Positions 17,330 through 26,078 of a stretch of 64,000 nucleotides of DNA are shown here, piece by piece. Each line of letters opens with the position of its first letter. Position 1 is the first letter of the stretch. Made by a program: the position numbers and the translations under genes. Location of the stretch: positions 1 to 64,000 of the forward strand of contig JANNWY010000160.1 of NCBI GenBank assembly GCA_031409335.1, given 5' to 3'. This DNA comes from Chthoniobacteraceae bacterium (GTDB lineage Bacteria; Verrucomicrobiota; Verrucomicrobiia; Chthoniobacterales; Chthoniobacteraceae). The notes beneath the pieces were generated by a model. That model did not search any database and was not told where the DNA came from. It saw only the letters and a program-made list of their open reading frames with translations.

Positions 17330-19048
17330 ATGAAAACCCTCCTTTCAGCCTGCCTTGCGACCATGCTGGGATTCGTCACGCTCCACGGACAGTCGCCACA
17401 GCCCAGCCCGGCGACGGTGGAAACCGCCGAACCGTTGCTCACGAACGTATTCAAACTCTCGCCTGGACTATTTTCCCGGATGATCGAGGAAACTCCGGAA
17501 TTGTCCGCCAAAACGGACGCTGCGCCGATCGCCCGGATGGACGCGAGAGAGTTCTTCGTCTTAAAAGGCATCACGTTTCCAGTCGGCAGCACCGCCACGT
17601 ACATCGCCACGGGCAGCCGCCTCATCGTCCGCAACACGCAGGCGAACCTCGATATGATCGACACATTGGTGACGCCGGTATTCCGAAAGTTGGCGGATGA
17701 TGCCGATCCGTTCTTCAAAATCAGAGGAGACACTCCGGCGGAAAAAGCGGACCGCGAGTGGAAAAACGTCGTCCTCATCATGGAAGTCTATGCGCTCCCG
17801 AAAGCGGACGCGCTCGCGACTTTGGAAAGCGAACGCGGCAGCGCCGCGCGTTACCAGCGCGTGCTCGATCTCGCGAAAGCGAAAAAAGCGCGACTCGAAA
17901 TCCTCACCGCGCTCACTACAAAAAGCGGGATACGAGCCATCACGGAATCCTTGGACGAAGTGCGCTACCCGACCGAATTCCAGCCCGGGGTTGCCAAGGG
18001 AATGCCACCGGCGGAGACGACCCACGAGACCCGCAACGTGGGCGACACATTTGAAATCGAAGCGGTGATCGGACCGGACAGCCGCACTTGCGATCTGGAT
18101 CTCGCGCCGCGTCGCATCAGCCTCGCCGGGTTCCGCGAAGTGGTGGCCGCGCCCGGCGATTCCGCTGTGCCGCAGCCGTTTTTCAACACGCAAAAAATCA
18201 CGACGAGCACCTCATTTGAAAAAGACGCGCCGCACTATCTCGGCACCTTCACGCCGCCGAGCGAAAGCGGGGTGTCCGACGGCGCGGGCGCGGAAATCTG
18301 GCTCGCCTTCCTGCGCGTTCATTTCCACGGCCCGGCGGCCGATGAGATGAAACACCCCTCGCAGCCCGCCGACTGGTCCGCGATGAATCTGGAATACAGC
18401 GCGTATTCGCTCGACCGCGCCGAGGCGCGCGAACTCCTCGCGACCATGCCCTCGATCGAAGCCCCGTGGGAAAAGCTCCAGGCTTTGCTCGGAAAAAAGC
18501 AGGCGCGGTTCGAACATCTCTTGACCGTGAAAGCCAGGTCGGGCCAAAAGTCCGTGACGGAGGAAACGCATGAGTTTCGCTACGTGAGCGAGTATGCGTC
18601 GCCGGGGCGCACGCGCAGTACGGAAAAAACCACGCGGTCAACGACGACTCCGGCAAATCGGCGCGATGGCCCGGAAACCACGACCGTCGAACGCGGCACC
18701 CCGAACGCCGACGGCACGCCGGGCGCACCCATCTCGGTGGAGACCCGCAATGTTGGCGTGACGGTGGAATGCGAGCCGGTCGTCGGCCCCGATGAAGTGT
18801 CGATCGAGCTGAACCACGTGCTGCAAAGCGTGGCGCATCTCGGCAATCTGAAGACCGGTCGCGCAAAGCCGTATCTCGAGCAGCCGCTTTTCCAGACCCG
18901 GAAAATCACCACGAGCCAGACCGTCCTCGCCGGACGGCACATGCTCATCGGCACTTTCAATCCGCCCGGTGCCACTGGCGTGAACGGCCGTGCCGACGAC
19001 GGGCGCACCTGGCTGGTCTTCGTGCGCGCGCTGGCGAACGAACCATGA
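17330..19048 (+). CDS. Secretin-like (Amuc_1098-related) protein with two tandem secretin-core repeats
   Basis: Signal peptide; GITFPVGSTATY...LIVRNTQANLD domain; two copies of KSG...E(V/F)RY.TEF...ETRNVG...P.F.T.KITTS...W L.F.R. Confidence 0.7.
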   Translation: MKTLLSACLATMLGFVTLHGQSPQPSPATVETAEPLLTNVFKLSPGLFSRMIEETPELSAKTDAAPIARMDAREFFVLKGITFPVGSTATYIATGSRLIVRNTQANLDMIDTLVTPVFRKLADDADPFFKIRGDTPAEKADREWKNVVLIMEVYALPKADALATLESERGSAARYQRVLDLAKAKKARLEILTALTTKSGIRAITESLDEVRYPTEFQPGVAKGMPPAETTHETRNVGDTFEIEAVIGPDSRTCDLDLAPRRISLAGFREVVAAPGDSAVPQPFFNTQKITTSTSFEKDAPHYLGTFTPPSESGVSDGAGAEIWLAFLRVHFHGPAADEMKHPSQPADWSAMNLEYSAYSLDRAEARELLATMPSIEAPWEKLQALLGKKQARFEHLLTVKARSGQKSVTEETHEFRYVSEYASPGRTRSTEKTTRSTTTPANRRDGPETTTVERGTPNADGTPGAPISVETRNVGVTVECEPVVGPDEVSIELNHVLQSVAHLGNLKTGRAKPYLEQPLFQTRKITTSQTVLAGRHMLIGTFNPPGATGVNGRADDGRTWLVFVRALANEP

Positions 19049-19099
19049 GAGCGGAACTCCAGGGAGCATGGAGGGTGGCGCTTCGCGCGTTGTTGAATT

Positions 19100-19123
19100 C
19101 ATGCGGAGGGCCGCATGAACTAC
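19100..19123 (-). repeat. GTAG-type REP element (copy of 3777-3800)
   Basis: Reverse complement GTAGTTCATGCGGCCCTCCGCATG, 2 mismatches in 24 nt; lies between convergent genes. Confidence 0.65.
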
Positions 19124-19131
19124 TTTGAATC

Positions 19132-20397
19132 TCACGCGGCGAGATACGGAATCGTGAGCGGGCCTTGCGGGAGCACGGCGATGCGCGCGTTTGGATTTAC
19201 GGCGCGTTTTTTTGCGATGTATGCGGCGATGTCGCGGCAGGGTTGCAGGTGCGCGGCGCGGATCGTTTCGTCGGGCAGCGAGCTGTAAATGTGGACAGTC
19301 GCACGGCGCTGGATGACGGCCTGGATTTGCCCCTGCCATTGCTCGGCATGGAGAAAGCCGGGCTGCGCCAGGCGGGCGAGGAGTTCTTCGCCATCGCGCG
19401 CGCTGCGGAGGAGTTGGTCGTGCGGGCTCTCGGCGGGAGTGCCTTCGGAGCATTCGGCAGCCATCACGATTTCGCCACCGTCCTTCACGATGCGCGCGGC
19501 GGCGGCGATGCCTTTCACGGCTTGGTAAAGATTCATGTCGAGCGGGTAGCCGCTGTTGGTGGTGAGCACGATGTCGAATGGCGCGGCGACTTTTTGCATC
19601 GCGGAGGCGCGGACGAATTCGATCCCGGCGCGGTGTGCGGCGAGGAGGTCGCCCGCGAAAATACCGGTGATTTCGCGGCGCTCATTCAGCGCGACATTCA
19701 CGAGAAAACTCGGCCCGACGCGCAGCGCGATGTCGCGCATTTCCTCCCAGAGCGGGTTGCCTTCGGTGATGCCAAACGCGGCGCGTGGATCGCCGATGTG
19801 TTGCGCGCCGTGATTGCTCATCACCGTCTCCAACGCGGCGACGCCGGGCATGATGCCTTTCGGCCCGCCGCTGAATCCGGCGAAAAAATGTGGCTCGATG
19901 AATCCGGTGATGATGCGCACGTCCGCCTCGGCGAGCGTGCGGTCGATGAGCGCGGGCGCGCCGGAGCGGGTGACGCCGAATTGCGCGTGCGACGCGCGAT
20001 CTTCGCAGTGGTGATTCACGCAGTGGAAATTTGCGACGACCTCCGGCGTGAGCATCGCTTCGAGTTCGGCGCGCGTGTTTGGGCGATGCGTGCCGGTGCC
20101 GTTGAGCAGCGTGATGTTTTCGCGCGAGGCACCCGCGTTTTCCAAATACGCGAGCAGCCACGGGATGAGGCGGTCGTTCGGCGTGGCGCGCGTGATGTCG
20201 GTGTGGACGATGCAGACGCGCGCCGTCGCCGAGATGGTTTTGGAAAGCGGGCTCGCGGCGATCGGGTGTTCCAGCGCAGCGAAGAGAGCGGCACGTTCAT
20301 CCGCGAGGCCGGGCTGCGGCGCGGGTTCGATGATCGTTGAGTCTTCGGGGACTTCGACGGCGAGATGGCCGCGGCCGTATGCGAGGGAAATCCTCAT
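19132..20397 (-). CDS. larA: Nickel-pincer-dependent lactate racemase family protein
   Basis: DITR, GTGTHR, IEPHFFAGFSGGPKGIMPG, SNHG, GYPLDMNLYQAVKG motifs. Confidence 0.9.
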   Translation of the reverse strand: MRISLAYGRGHLAVEVPEDSTIIEPAPQPGLADERAALFAALEHPIAASPLSKTISATARVCIVHTDITRATPNDRLIPWLLAYLENAGASRENITLLNGTGTHRPNTRAELEAMLTPEVVANFHCVNHHCEDRASHAQFGVTRSGAPALIDRTLAEADVRIITGFIEPHFFAGFSGGPKGIMPGVAALETVMSNHGAQHIGDPRAAFGITEGNPLWEEMRDIALRVGPSFLVNVALNERREITGIFAGDLLAAHRAGIEFVRASAMQKVAAPFDIVLTTNSGYPLDMNLYQAVKGIAAAARIVKDGGEIVMAAECSEGTPAESPHDQLLRSARDGEELLARLAQPGFLHAEQWQGQIQAVIQRRATVHIYSSLPDETIRAAHLQPCRDIAAYIAKKRAVNPNARIAVLPQGPLTIPYLAA

Positions 20398-21221
20398 GGC
20401 TTCCGGCTCGTCGCGGCGCGCTCGATCAGCGCCCGCTCCGCCGCCTCGTGCCGCGCGGCGGCGGCGGTGAGTTCGCCTTGCAGCGTTTCAAATTCCTTCA
20501 CGGCATCCTCGTGGTCGAAGATTGCCGCGCCGCGTTCGTTCGTGCGCCACGCACTCCACTCGCGGTCGAGTAATTTGAGCATTTCGAGCATCGACGCGGC
20601 AAGTTGCCGGTTGGATTCGTGGATTTTCAGATTGAGGTCAAAATTCCCACCGCGGCGAAATCCTGCGAGGACGTCCTGCTTCACATTTTCCGCGACGCCG
20701 AGTTTGTCGAGCGCCGCGCGGTAGTCGGTTTCGGCGTTCTGAAAATACTGGATCAGCGCCTCGTTCGATTCGTTGAAACGTTTGACGAGCGAGCGCCGGG
20801 CCTTGAGTTCGTCCTGTGTTTTGATGGAAGCGGGGGCGACGTAACGCGCGTCGGCCAGCGCCTTGAGCGTCGTTTCGTATTCCGCCATCTGCGGCTGTAC
20901 GCGCGCGACAAGCTCGCGCGCCGCGAGCAGCGGTTTGCGTTCGTCGCCGCTAAGTTTTTCCGCCGCCTGGCGGAGCGTCGTCTTGAATTCCTTCAACCGG
21001 TCTGCTCCCGAAACCGGCGTGCCGCCCGGCTTGGCCAGAGCGGCAGCGGATTCCACGACCTGAATGCGCGCGCTCTCGATCTGCGCCATCGCCTCGCTGG
21101 CGCGGCTCGCTTTCACCGACCGTCTGCCGACCCACACGCCGAGCGAAAACACGCCCGCGATCGCGATCAGGCCCGCGATGATCGCGAGTCGCCGGTCGGA
21201 AAAACGGAGGCCCGCACGCAC
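20394..21221 (-). CDS. Membrane-anchored helical hypothetical protein
   Basis: Single N-terminal TM followed by coiled helices; stop overlaps the larA ATG; GTG start inferred. Confidence 0.7.
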   Translation of the reverse strand: MRAGLRFSDRRLAIIAGLIAIAGVFSLGVWVGRRSVKASRASEAMAQIESARIQVVESAAALAKPGGTPVSGADRLKEFKTTLRQAAEKLSGDERKPLLAARELVARVQPQMAEYETTLKALADARYVAPASIKTQDELKARRSLVKRFNESNEALIQYFQNAETDYRAALDKLGVAENVKQDVLAGFRRGGNFDLNLKIHESNRQLAASMLEMLKLLDREWSAWRTNERGAAIFDHEDAVKEFETLQGELTAAAARHEAAERALIERAATSRKP

Positions 21222-21225
21222 GCGA

Positions 21226-22548
21226 TCAGCGGCGCTTCGCGTCGAATTTCGCGTGGACCAGATCGCCGAGCCGCGCGGCGATGGCCGCGTTGCCGATGCG
21301 GTCGATCGCTTCCTGGAGAAATCCGAAGACGACGAGTTTTTGCGATTCCTTCCGCGAGATGCCGCGCGACATGAGGTAAAAAAGCTCCTCGTAATCAATC
21401 TGCCCGCTGGTCGCGCCATGCGAGCAGCGCACGTCGTCGGCTTCGATTTCGAGACCGGGCGCGCTGTTCGCCTCGGCTTCATCGCTGAGGAGAAGATTGC
21501 GCACTTTCTGATACGCGTCGGTTTTGTGCGCGCCGGGATTCACGCGGATGAGGCCGGAGAAAATCGTGCGCGCCGTGTCGTCGAGCGAGTTTTTGTAGAG
21601 CAGATCGCTCGAAGTATTCGGCGCTTCGTGGATCTGGAAAGTGCGCGCGTCGATCTCCTGCGCCGCGTCCGCGACGATGACGGAAAGCATGTCGCTGCGT
21701 CCGCCCGCGCCGCGCAAGTGGCTCACGCTTTCGCTGCGCAGATGCCGCGTGCCGAGCTGCGTGAAGAGCGTCTTCGCGTGCGCATCGCGCCCGACGACGG
21801 TGGAGCTGATCTGGAAGGCGAGCGTCGCGCGGTTCCAATTCTGCGCGCAGACATAGGTGACCTGCGCGCCTGCGCCGAGCCAGAGATCGTTTACCGCGCA
21901 GGCGAGGCCCGGTGCGGATGAATCGGCGCTCTCGTAGTGATCGACGACGGTCACTTTCGCCATGTCCTCCGCGATGATGAGCGTGTGCGGGAACACGGAG
22001 CCATTCGCGCCGTGCAGCCAGTGAAACGCCTCGATCGGCAAATCGATTTGCACGCCGCGCGGCACGTAGAGAAAGGTGCCGGCGCGGACTTGCGATTCGT
22101 GGAGCGCGGCAAATTTCCGCCCGCCGAGGATCGCTTCCTCGCGCATGAAATGCTTCCGAAACAGCGCGGGATGCTCGGCCATTGCTTGATCCAGCGGCAG
22201 CCAAATCACGCCCTTTTGTTTCAGCGAATCCGAAAGAATCTCGTGCGCGAGCAGACGGTCGTTTGCGAAAACCATCTGGCCCGCGACTTCCGAAAGGCCG
22301 CGCGAACGCGCGAGCAATTCATCGCTGGTCGCATCGCCCAGCGGCAGCGCGCGGGTGTAACACGAAAGGTCGAGATCCTTCACATTGGCAAAGCGCCAGT
22401 TTTCATCCGTGCGCACCGGCATCGGGAGCGTGACGAATTTTCCCCAAGCCTCCGCCTGCTCCGGAGTGGCCGGGCCGGCGCTCAGGATCGAAGAGATCGG
22501 TTCCGACTCGGTGGTTTCGGTTTCTTTGATTTCCATTACTGCGCTCAT
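21226..22548 (-). CDS. sufD: Fe-S cluster assembly protein SufD
   Basis: ENWRF, SDLLYKN, FSGLIRV, KTDAYQ, PGLEIEADDVRCSHGATSG, LFYLMSRGI. Confidence 0.93.
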   Translation of the reverse strand: MSAVMEIKETETTESEPISSILSAGPATPEQAEAWGKFVTLPMPVRTDENWRFANVKDLDLSCYTRALPLGDATSDELLARSRGLSEVAGQMVFANDRLLAHEILSDSLKQKGVIWLPLDQAMAEHPALFRKHFMREEAILGGRKFAALHESQVRAGTFLYVPRGVQIDLPIEAFHWLHGANGSVFPHTLIIAEDMAKVTVVDHYESADSSAPGLACAVNDLWLGAGAQVTYVCAQNWNRATLAFQISSTVVGRDAHAKTLFTQLGTRHLRSESVSHLRGAGGRSDMLSVIVADAAQEIDARTFQIHEAPNTSSDLLYKNSLDDTARTIFSGLIRVNPGAHKTDAYQKVRNLLLSDEAEANSAPGLEIEADDVRCSHGATSGQIDYEELFYLMSRGISRKESQKLVVFGFLQEAIDRIGNAAIAARLGDLVHAKFDAKRR

Positions 22549-23072
22549 AAAGGTTTCTGCGGGTCGATTTCCCACGCGTTTCGCAGCGGGCGCGGGTTCA
22601 GCCGCTCGTAGGCGATTTTAAAATCCTCGAGCATGGGCAGGTCGTTTTTGTCCTTCTCCCGTCCGGCGGCGCGTTTGCTGGCGATGATGTCATCGAGCGA
22701 CGCCACGGGAAACTTTCCATCTTTCAGGATTCGCCGCGCACTTGCCTTCTCAAAGCTCTCGATGCCGTCCGGGGCGAAGATCAAATCAAGATCGAAGGGC
22801 CCGGTCTTGACCTGAATGAAATCCTTCCCACGCAAAATTTCTGATGTTGCCTCATCGCTCATCGGGAAGCCGAGCCTGCCCATTGCCGCGACGATGCGTC
22901 TGCCGTTTTGCTCCGTCGGTCGCACGAAAACATCCACGTCCTGCGTGATCCCGGGGAAGCCGAGCAGAATCGCGCCGCCTTTGCCGAGGAACAGAAACTC
23001 AACACCTTCTGCCGCGAACGCCTCAGTGATAAGAACCGCCTGGAGCGGTTGAAATTCACGCCCTTCGCTCAT
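22545..23072 (-). CDS. Nucleotidyltransferase (AbiEii/DUF6036-like), putative toxin
   Basis: LGKGGAILLG...TQDVDVFV...DLDLIF...LDDIIASKRAAGREKD pattern. Confidence 0.8.
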   Translation of the reverse strand: MSEGREFQPLQAVLITEAFAAEGVEFLFLGKGGAILLGFPGITQDVDVFVRPTEQNGRRIVAAMGRLGFPMSDEATSEILRGKDFIQVKTGPFDLDLIFAPDGIESFEKASARRILKDGKFPVASLDDIIASKRAAGREKDKNDLPMLEDFKIAYERLNPRPLRNAWEIDPQKPL

Positions 23073-23290
23073 GTTTCCAACGTGTGATAGCCGAGGTAGC
23101 GCGGGAGTTTCTCGTCGCACCATTTTCTATACTCCGCCATCGTCTCAAAGGACCGGTAGGGCGCGTCGTCGAGTACCGGTTTGTAGCTGCGGTAAAAACC
23201 GAAGCGCAACCGATCCTCGATCGACCGTTGCATGTGCCGCACACACTGCTCCTGAAACAGCGCATGCTCATCACCAGCCCGCGTTTTCAC
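23069..23290 (-). CDS. Small protein (73 aa), putative partner/antitoxin of the nucleotidyltransferase
   Basis: GTGA overlap with the sufB stop and ATGA overlap with the NTase start. Confidence 0.7.
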   Translation of the reverse strand: MKTRAGDEHALFQEQCVRHMQRSIEDRLRFGFYRSYKPVLDDAPYRSFETMAEYRKWCDEKLPRYLGYHTLET

Positions 23291-24708
23291 CCGACGCTCC
23301 CTTCCATTTCGAGGTCGATGAGCCGCTTGAGTTCCACGCTGTATTCCATCGGGAACTGGCGCACGAGATCGTTGACGAAGCCGTTCACCGAAAGGCTCAT
23401 CGCCTGCGCTTTGGTGAGGCCGCGCTGCTGCATGTAGAAGATTTGCTCCGCGGAAATCTGCGAGACGCTGGCCTCATGCTGACTGGAATTGCCGGTGCCG
23501 CGCACGCTGATCGCGGGGTACGTGTCGGTGCGCGAAGTCGGATTGATGAGCAGCGCGTCGCACTCGGTGTTGTTCTTGCAGCCTTTGAGGTGTTTCGGCA
23601 CGTGGACGAGGCCGCGATAGGTCGCGCGACCGCTGCCGAGCGAGATGGATTTCGAGACGATATTCGAGGTCGTGTCGTCCGCCGCATGAATCATTTTCGC
23701 GCCGGTATCCTGATGCTGTCCGTCGCCCGCCAACGCGATGGAGATCACTTCGCCGCGCGCCTTGCGGCCTTTCAAAACGACGCCCGGATATTTCATCGTG
23801 AGCCGCGAGCCGATGTTGCAGTCGATCCATTTCACCTCGGCTTCCTCGTGCGCGATGGCGCGTTTGGTCACGAGGTTGAAGACGTTCTGCGACCAGTTTT
23901 GCACCGTGATGTATTGAATCTTCGCGCCCTTCATCGCCACCAACTCAACGACCGCCGAGTGCAGCGTGGCCGTCTCGAATTTCGGCGCGGTGCAGCCTTC
24001 CATATACATCACCTCGCTGCCTTCATCCGCGATGATGAGCGTGCGCTCGAACTGGCCGAAGTTCTCCGCGTTGATGCGGAAATACGCCTGCAACGGGTGC
24101 TTCACCTTTACGCCCGGCGGCACGTAGATGAACGACCCGCCGCTGAACACCGCGCTGTTCAGCGCGCTGAATTTGTTGTCGCCAGTCGGGATCACTTTCC
24201 CGAACCACTTTTTGAAAATCTCGGGATGTTCGCGCAGCCCTTCCGTCGAGCCGCAGAAGATCACGCCCTGCTCGCCGACTGCCGCCTTGATGTTCGAATA
24301 AACCGCTTCGGAATCAAACTGCGCTTCGACGCCCGCCAAAAATTTCCGCTCCTGCTCGGGAATGCCAAGCCGCTCGAAGGTCTTCTTCACATCATCCGGC
24401 ACTTCATCCCACGAGCGCGTCGGCTTCTGCGCGTTGGCGAGGTAGTAGCGGATGTTTTGGAAAACGATGTTCTCCAAATCCTTCGACGCCCAATGCGTCG
24501 GCATCGGCTTCGAGTTGAAAACTTCGAGCGCGCGATGACGAAACTCGCGAATCCACTCGGCCTCGCCTTTTACCTTCGAGATGTAGTCGATCGTCGCCGG
24601 CGTGAGCCCGGTGCCCGCATCGAACGTGTGCTTCTCAGGATAAGAGAAATCGCCGCGCGTGCGGTCGATGTCGATCTGGGTGGCGGCAGGCAGTGGGATG
24701 GTATTCAT
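23287..24708 (-). CDS. sufB: Fe-S cluster assembly protein SufB
   Basis: [52 protein letters not shown]...MEGSVG. Confidence 0.97.
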   Translation of the reverse strand: MNTIPLPAATQIDIDRTRGDFSYPEKHTFDAGTGLTPATIDYISKVKGEAEWIREFRHRALEVFNSKPMPTHWASKDLENIVFQNIRYYLANAQKPTRSWDEVPDDVKKTFERLGIPEQERKFLAGVEAQFDSEAVYSNIKAAVGEQGVIFCGSTEGLREHPEIFKKWFGKVIPTGDNKFSALNSAVFSGGSFIYVPPGVKVKHPLQAYFRINAENFGQFERTLIIADEGSEVMYMEGCTAPKFETATLHSAVVELVAMKGAKIQYITVQNWSQNVFNLVTKRAIAHEEAEVKWIDCNIGSRLTMKYPGVVLKGRKARGEVISIALAGDGQHQDTGAKMIHAADDTTSNIVSKSISLGSGRATYRGLVHVPKHLKGCKNNTECDALLINPTSRTDTYPAISVRGTGNSSQHEASVSQISAEQIFYMQQRGLTKAQAMSLSVNGFVNDLVRQFPMEYSVELKRLIDLEMEGSVG

Positions 24709-24723
24709 ATTCGAGGCTCCGGT

Positions 24724-25488
24724 TTACGCGGGAACGGTTTCGGTGAGTTCGTCTTTGATCCAGTCGTAGCCGCGCTCTTCGAGTTCGAGCGCGAGTTCCT
24801 TGCCGCCACTGCGGACGATGCGGCCTTCGACCATCACATGCACCACGTCGGGCACGATGTAATCGAGCAGCCGCTGGTAATGCGTGATCAGCAGGATGCC
24901 AAGATTCGGTCCGCGCAGCGCATTCACGCCAGCGCTCACGATGCGCAGTGCGTCAATGTCGAGGCCGGAGTCCGTCTCGTCGAGCACGGCATACTTCGGC
25001 TTGAGCATCGCCATTTGCAGGATCTCATTCCGCTTCTTTTCGCCGCCCGAGAATCCCTCGTTGACCGAGCGCGCGGTAAAGGTGCGGGCCATCTCCAGCT
25101 TGTCCATTTCCGCGTAAAGATCGGCGTAAAAATCCGTCGCCTCGATCTCCTCGCCCTCGGGCAGTCGCGATTGAAGCGCCGCGCGAATGAAGTTCGCATT
25201 CGAGACGCCGGGGATCTCCATCGGGTATTGAAACGCCAGGAATAGCCCTGCGCGCGAACGCTCGTCCGGCGCCATTTCCAAAATACTGGCACCGTCGAGC
25301 AGCACGTCGCCGCCGGTCACTTCATAGTCGGGATGCCCGCCGAGCGCTTTGCTCAGCGTGCTTTTGCCGGAGCCGTTCGGCCCCATGATCGCGTGGACTT
25401 TGCCCGCCTCCACTTCGAGATTCAGGCCGCGCAGGATTTGTTTTCCCGACACGGTGGCGTGCAGGTCTTTGATGATTAACGACTTCAT
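24724..25488 (-). CDS. sufC: Fe-S cluster assembly ATPase SufC
   Basis: [46 protein letters not shown]. Confidence 0.97.
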   Translation of the reverse strand: MKSLIIKDLHATVSGKQILRGLNLEVEAGKVHAIMGPNGSGKSTLSKALGGHPDYEVTGGDVLLDGASILEMAPDERSRAGLFLAFQYPMEIPGVSNANFIRAALQSRLPEGEEIEATDFYADLYAEMDKLEMARTFTARSVNEGFSGGEKKRNEILQMAMLKPKYAVLDETDSGLDIDALRIVSAGVNALRGPNLGILLITHYQRLLDYIVPDVVHVMVEGRIVRSGGKELALELEERGYDWIKDELTETVPA

Positions 25489-25961
25489 TTTTTGGTTTTG
25501 GAAAGTTTGCGCGCTGCCGCCTGCGCGCACTTCGGGCACAGCCCGCGAAAGGCGACTTCGCTTTGCTCGATCAATACGTCCGCAGGCACATCCCAGATGT
25601 CCCGCGGCTGCTGCTTCGAGCGTAGTGGGATGTCCGTGACCGCGCTGCACGCGGTGCAGAAAAAGTGCGCGTGCTCATTGAGATTCGGGCAGTAGCGCGA
25701 CGGCTCGCGATCGTGATTCACCGACTTCACCAGCCCGCAATCCGAGAGCGTCTCCAGACAGTTGTACACCGTCGCCAGCGAGATCGAGGGCATCTTCCCC
25801 TTCACCCGCATGAAGACTTCGACCGCCGTGGGATGATCGCGTTTCCCCATCAGCGCATCGAAAACCGCGCGGCGCTGATCCGTCATCCGCAGGCCGCGGC
25901 CGTGGATCGTTTCATCCGGGGAAAGTGCGGCGTCGGTGCCGCTGATGGAACGGGTTTTCAT
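25485..25961 (-). CDS. Fur family (PerR-like) transcriptional regulator
   Basis: TDQRRAV...DHPTAVEV...SLATVYNCL...HAHFFCTAC...GLCPKC. Confidence 0.9.
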   Translation of the reverse strand: MKTRSISGTDAALSPDETIHGRGLRMTDQRRAVFDALMGKRDHPTAVEVFMRVKGKMPSISLATVYNCLETLSDCGLVKSVNHDREPSRYCPNLNEHAHFFCTACSAVTDIPLRSKQQPRDIWDVPADVLIEQSEVAFRGLCPKCAQAAARKLSKTKK

Positions 25962-25996
25962 TGGGCTGAAACGATACGGCCCAGCCGCTGAACCTA

Positions 25997-26013
25997 TCAA
26001 GAATTATTCTAAA
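25997..26013. promoter_or_regulatory. Per/Irr-type palindromic operator upstream of the Fur-suf operon
   Basis: TCAAGAA-TTA-TTCTAAA, an AT-rich near-palindrome close to TTTAGAA-N3-TTCTAAA, in GC-rich context. Confidence 0.55.
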
Positions 26014-26078
26014 TAAACTTTTTCCGCTTCTGGGAGCCTCGGTTGACGCGTGGCTGGAGCTGCGGCATTTAGACTGAC

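Noticed and set aside
23071..25245. Long antisense ORFs (724 aa here; also 36869-40153, 49357-51786, 26775-28958 and others)
   Set aside because: They are shadow frames of real genes in high-GC DNA and show no recognisable motifs.
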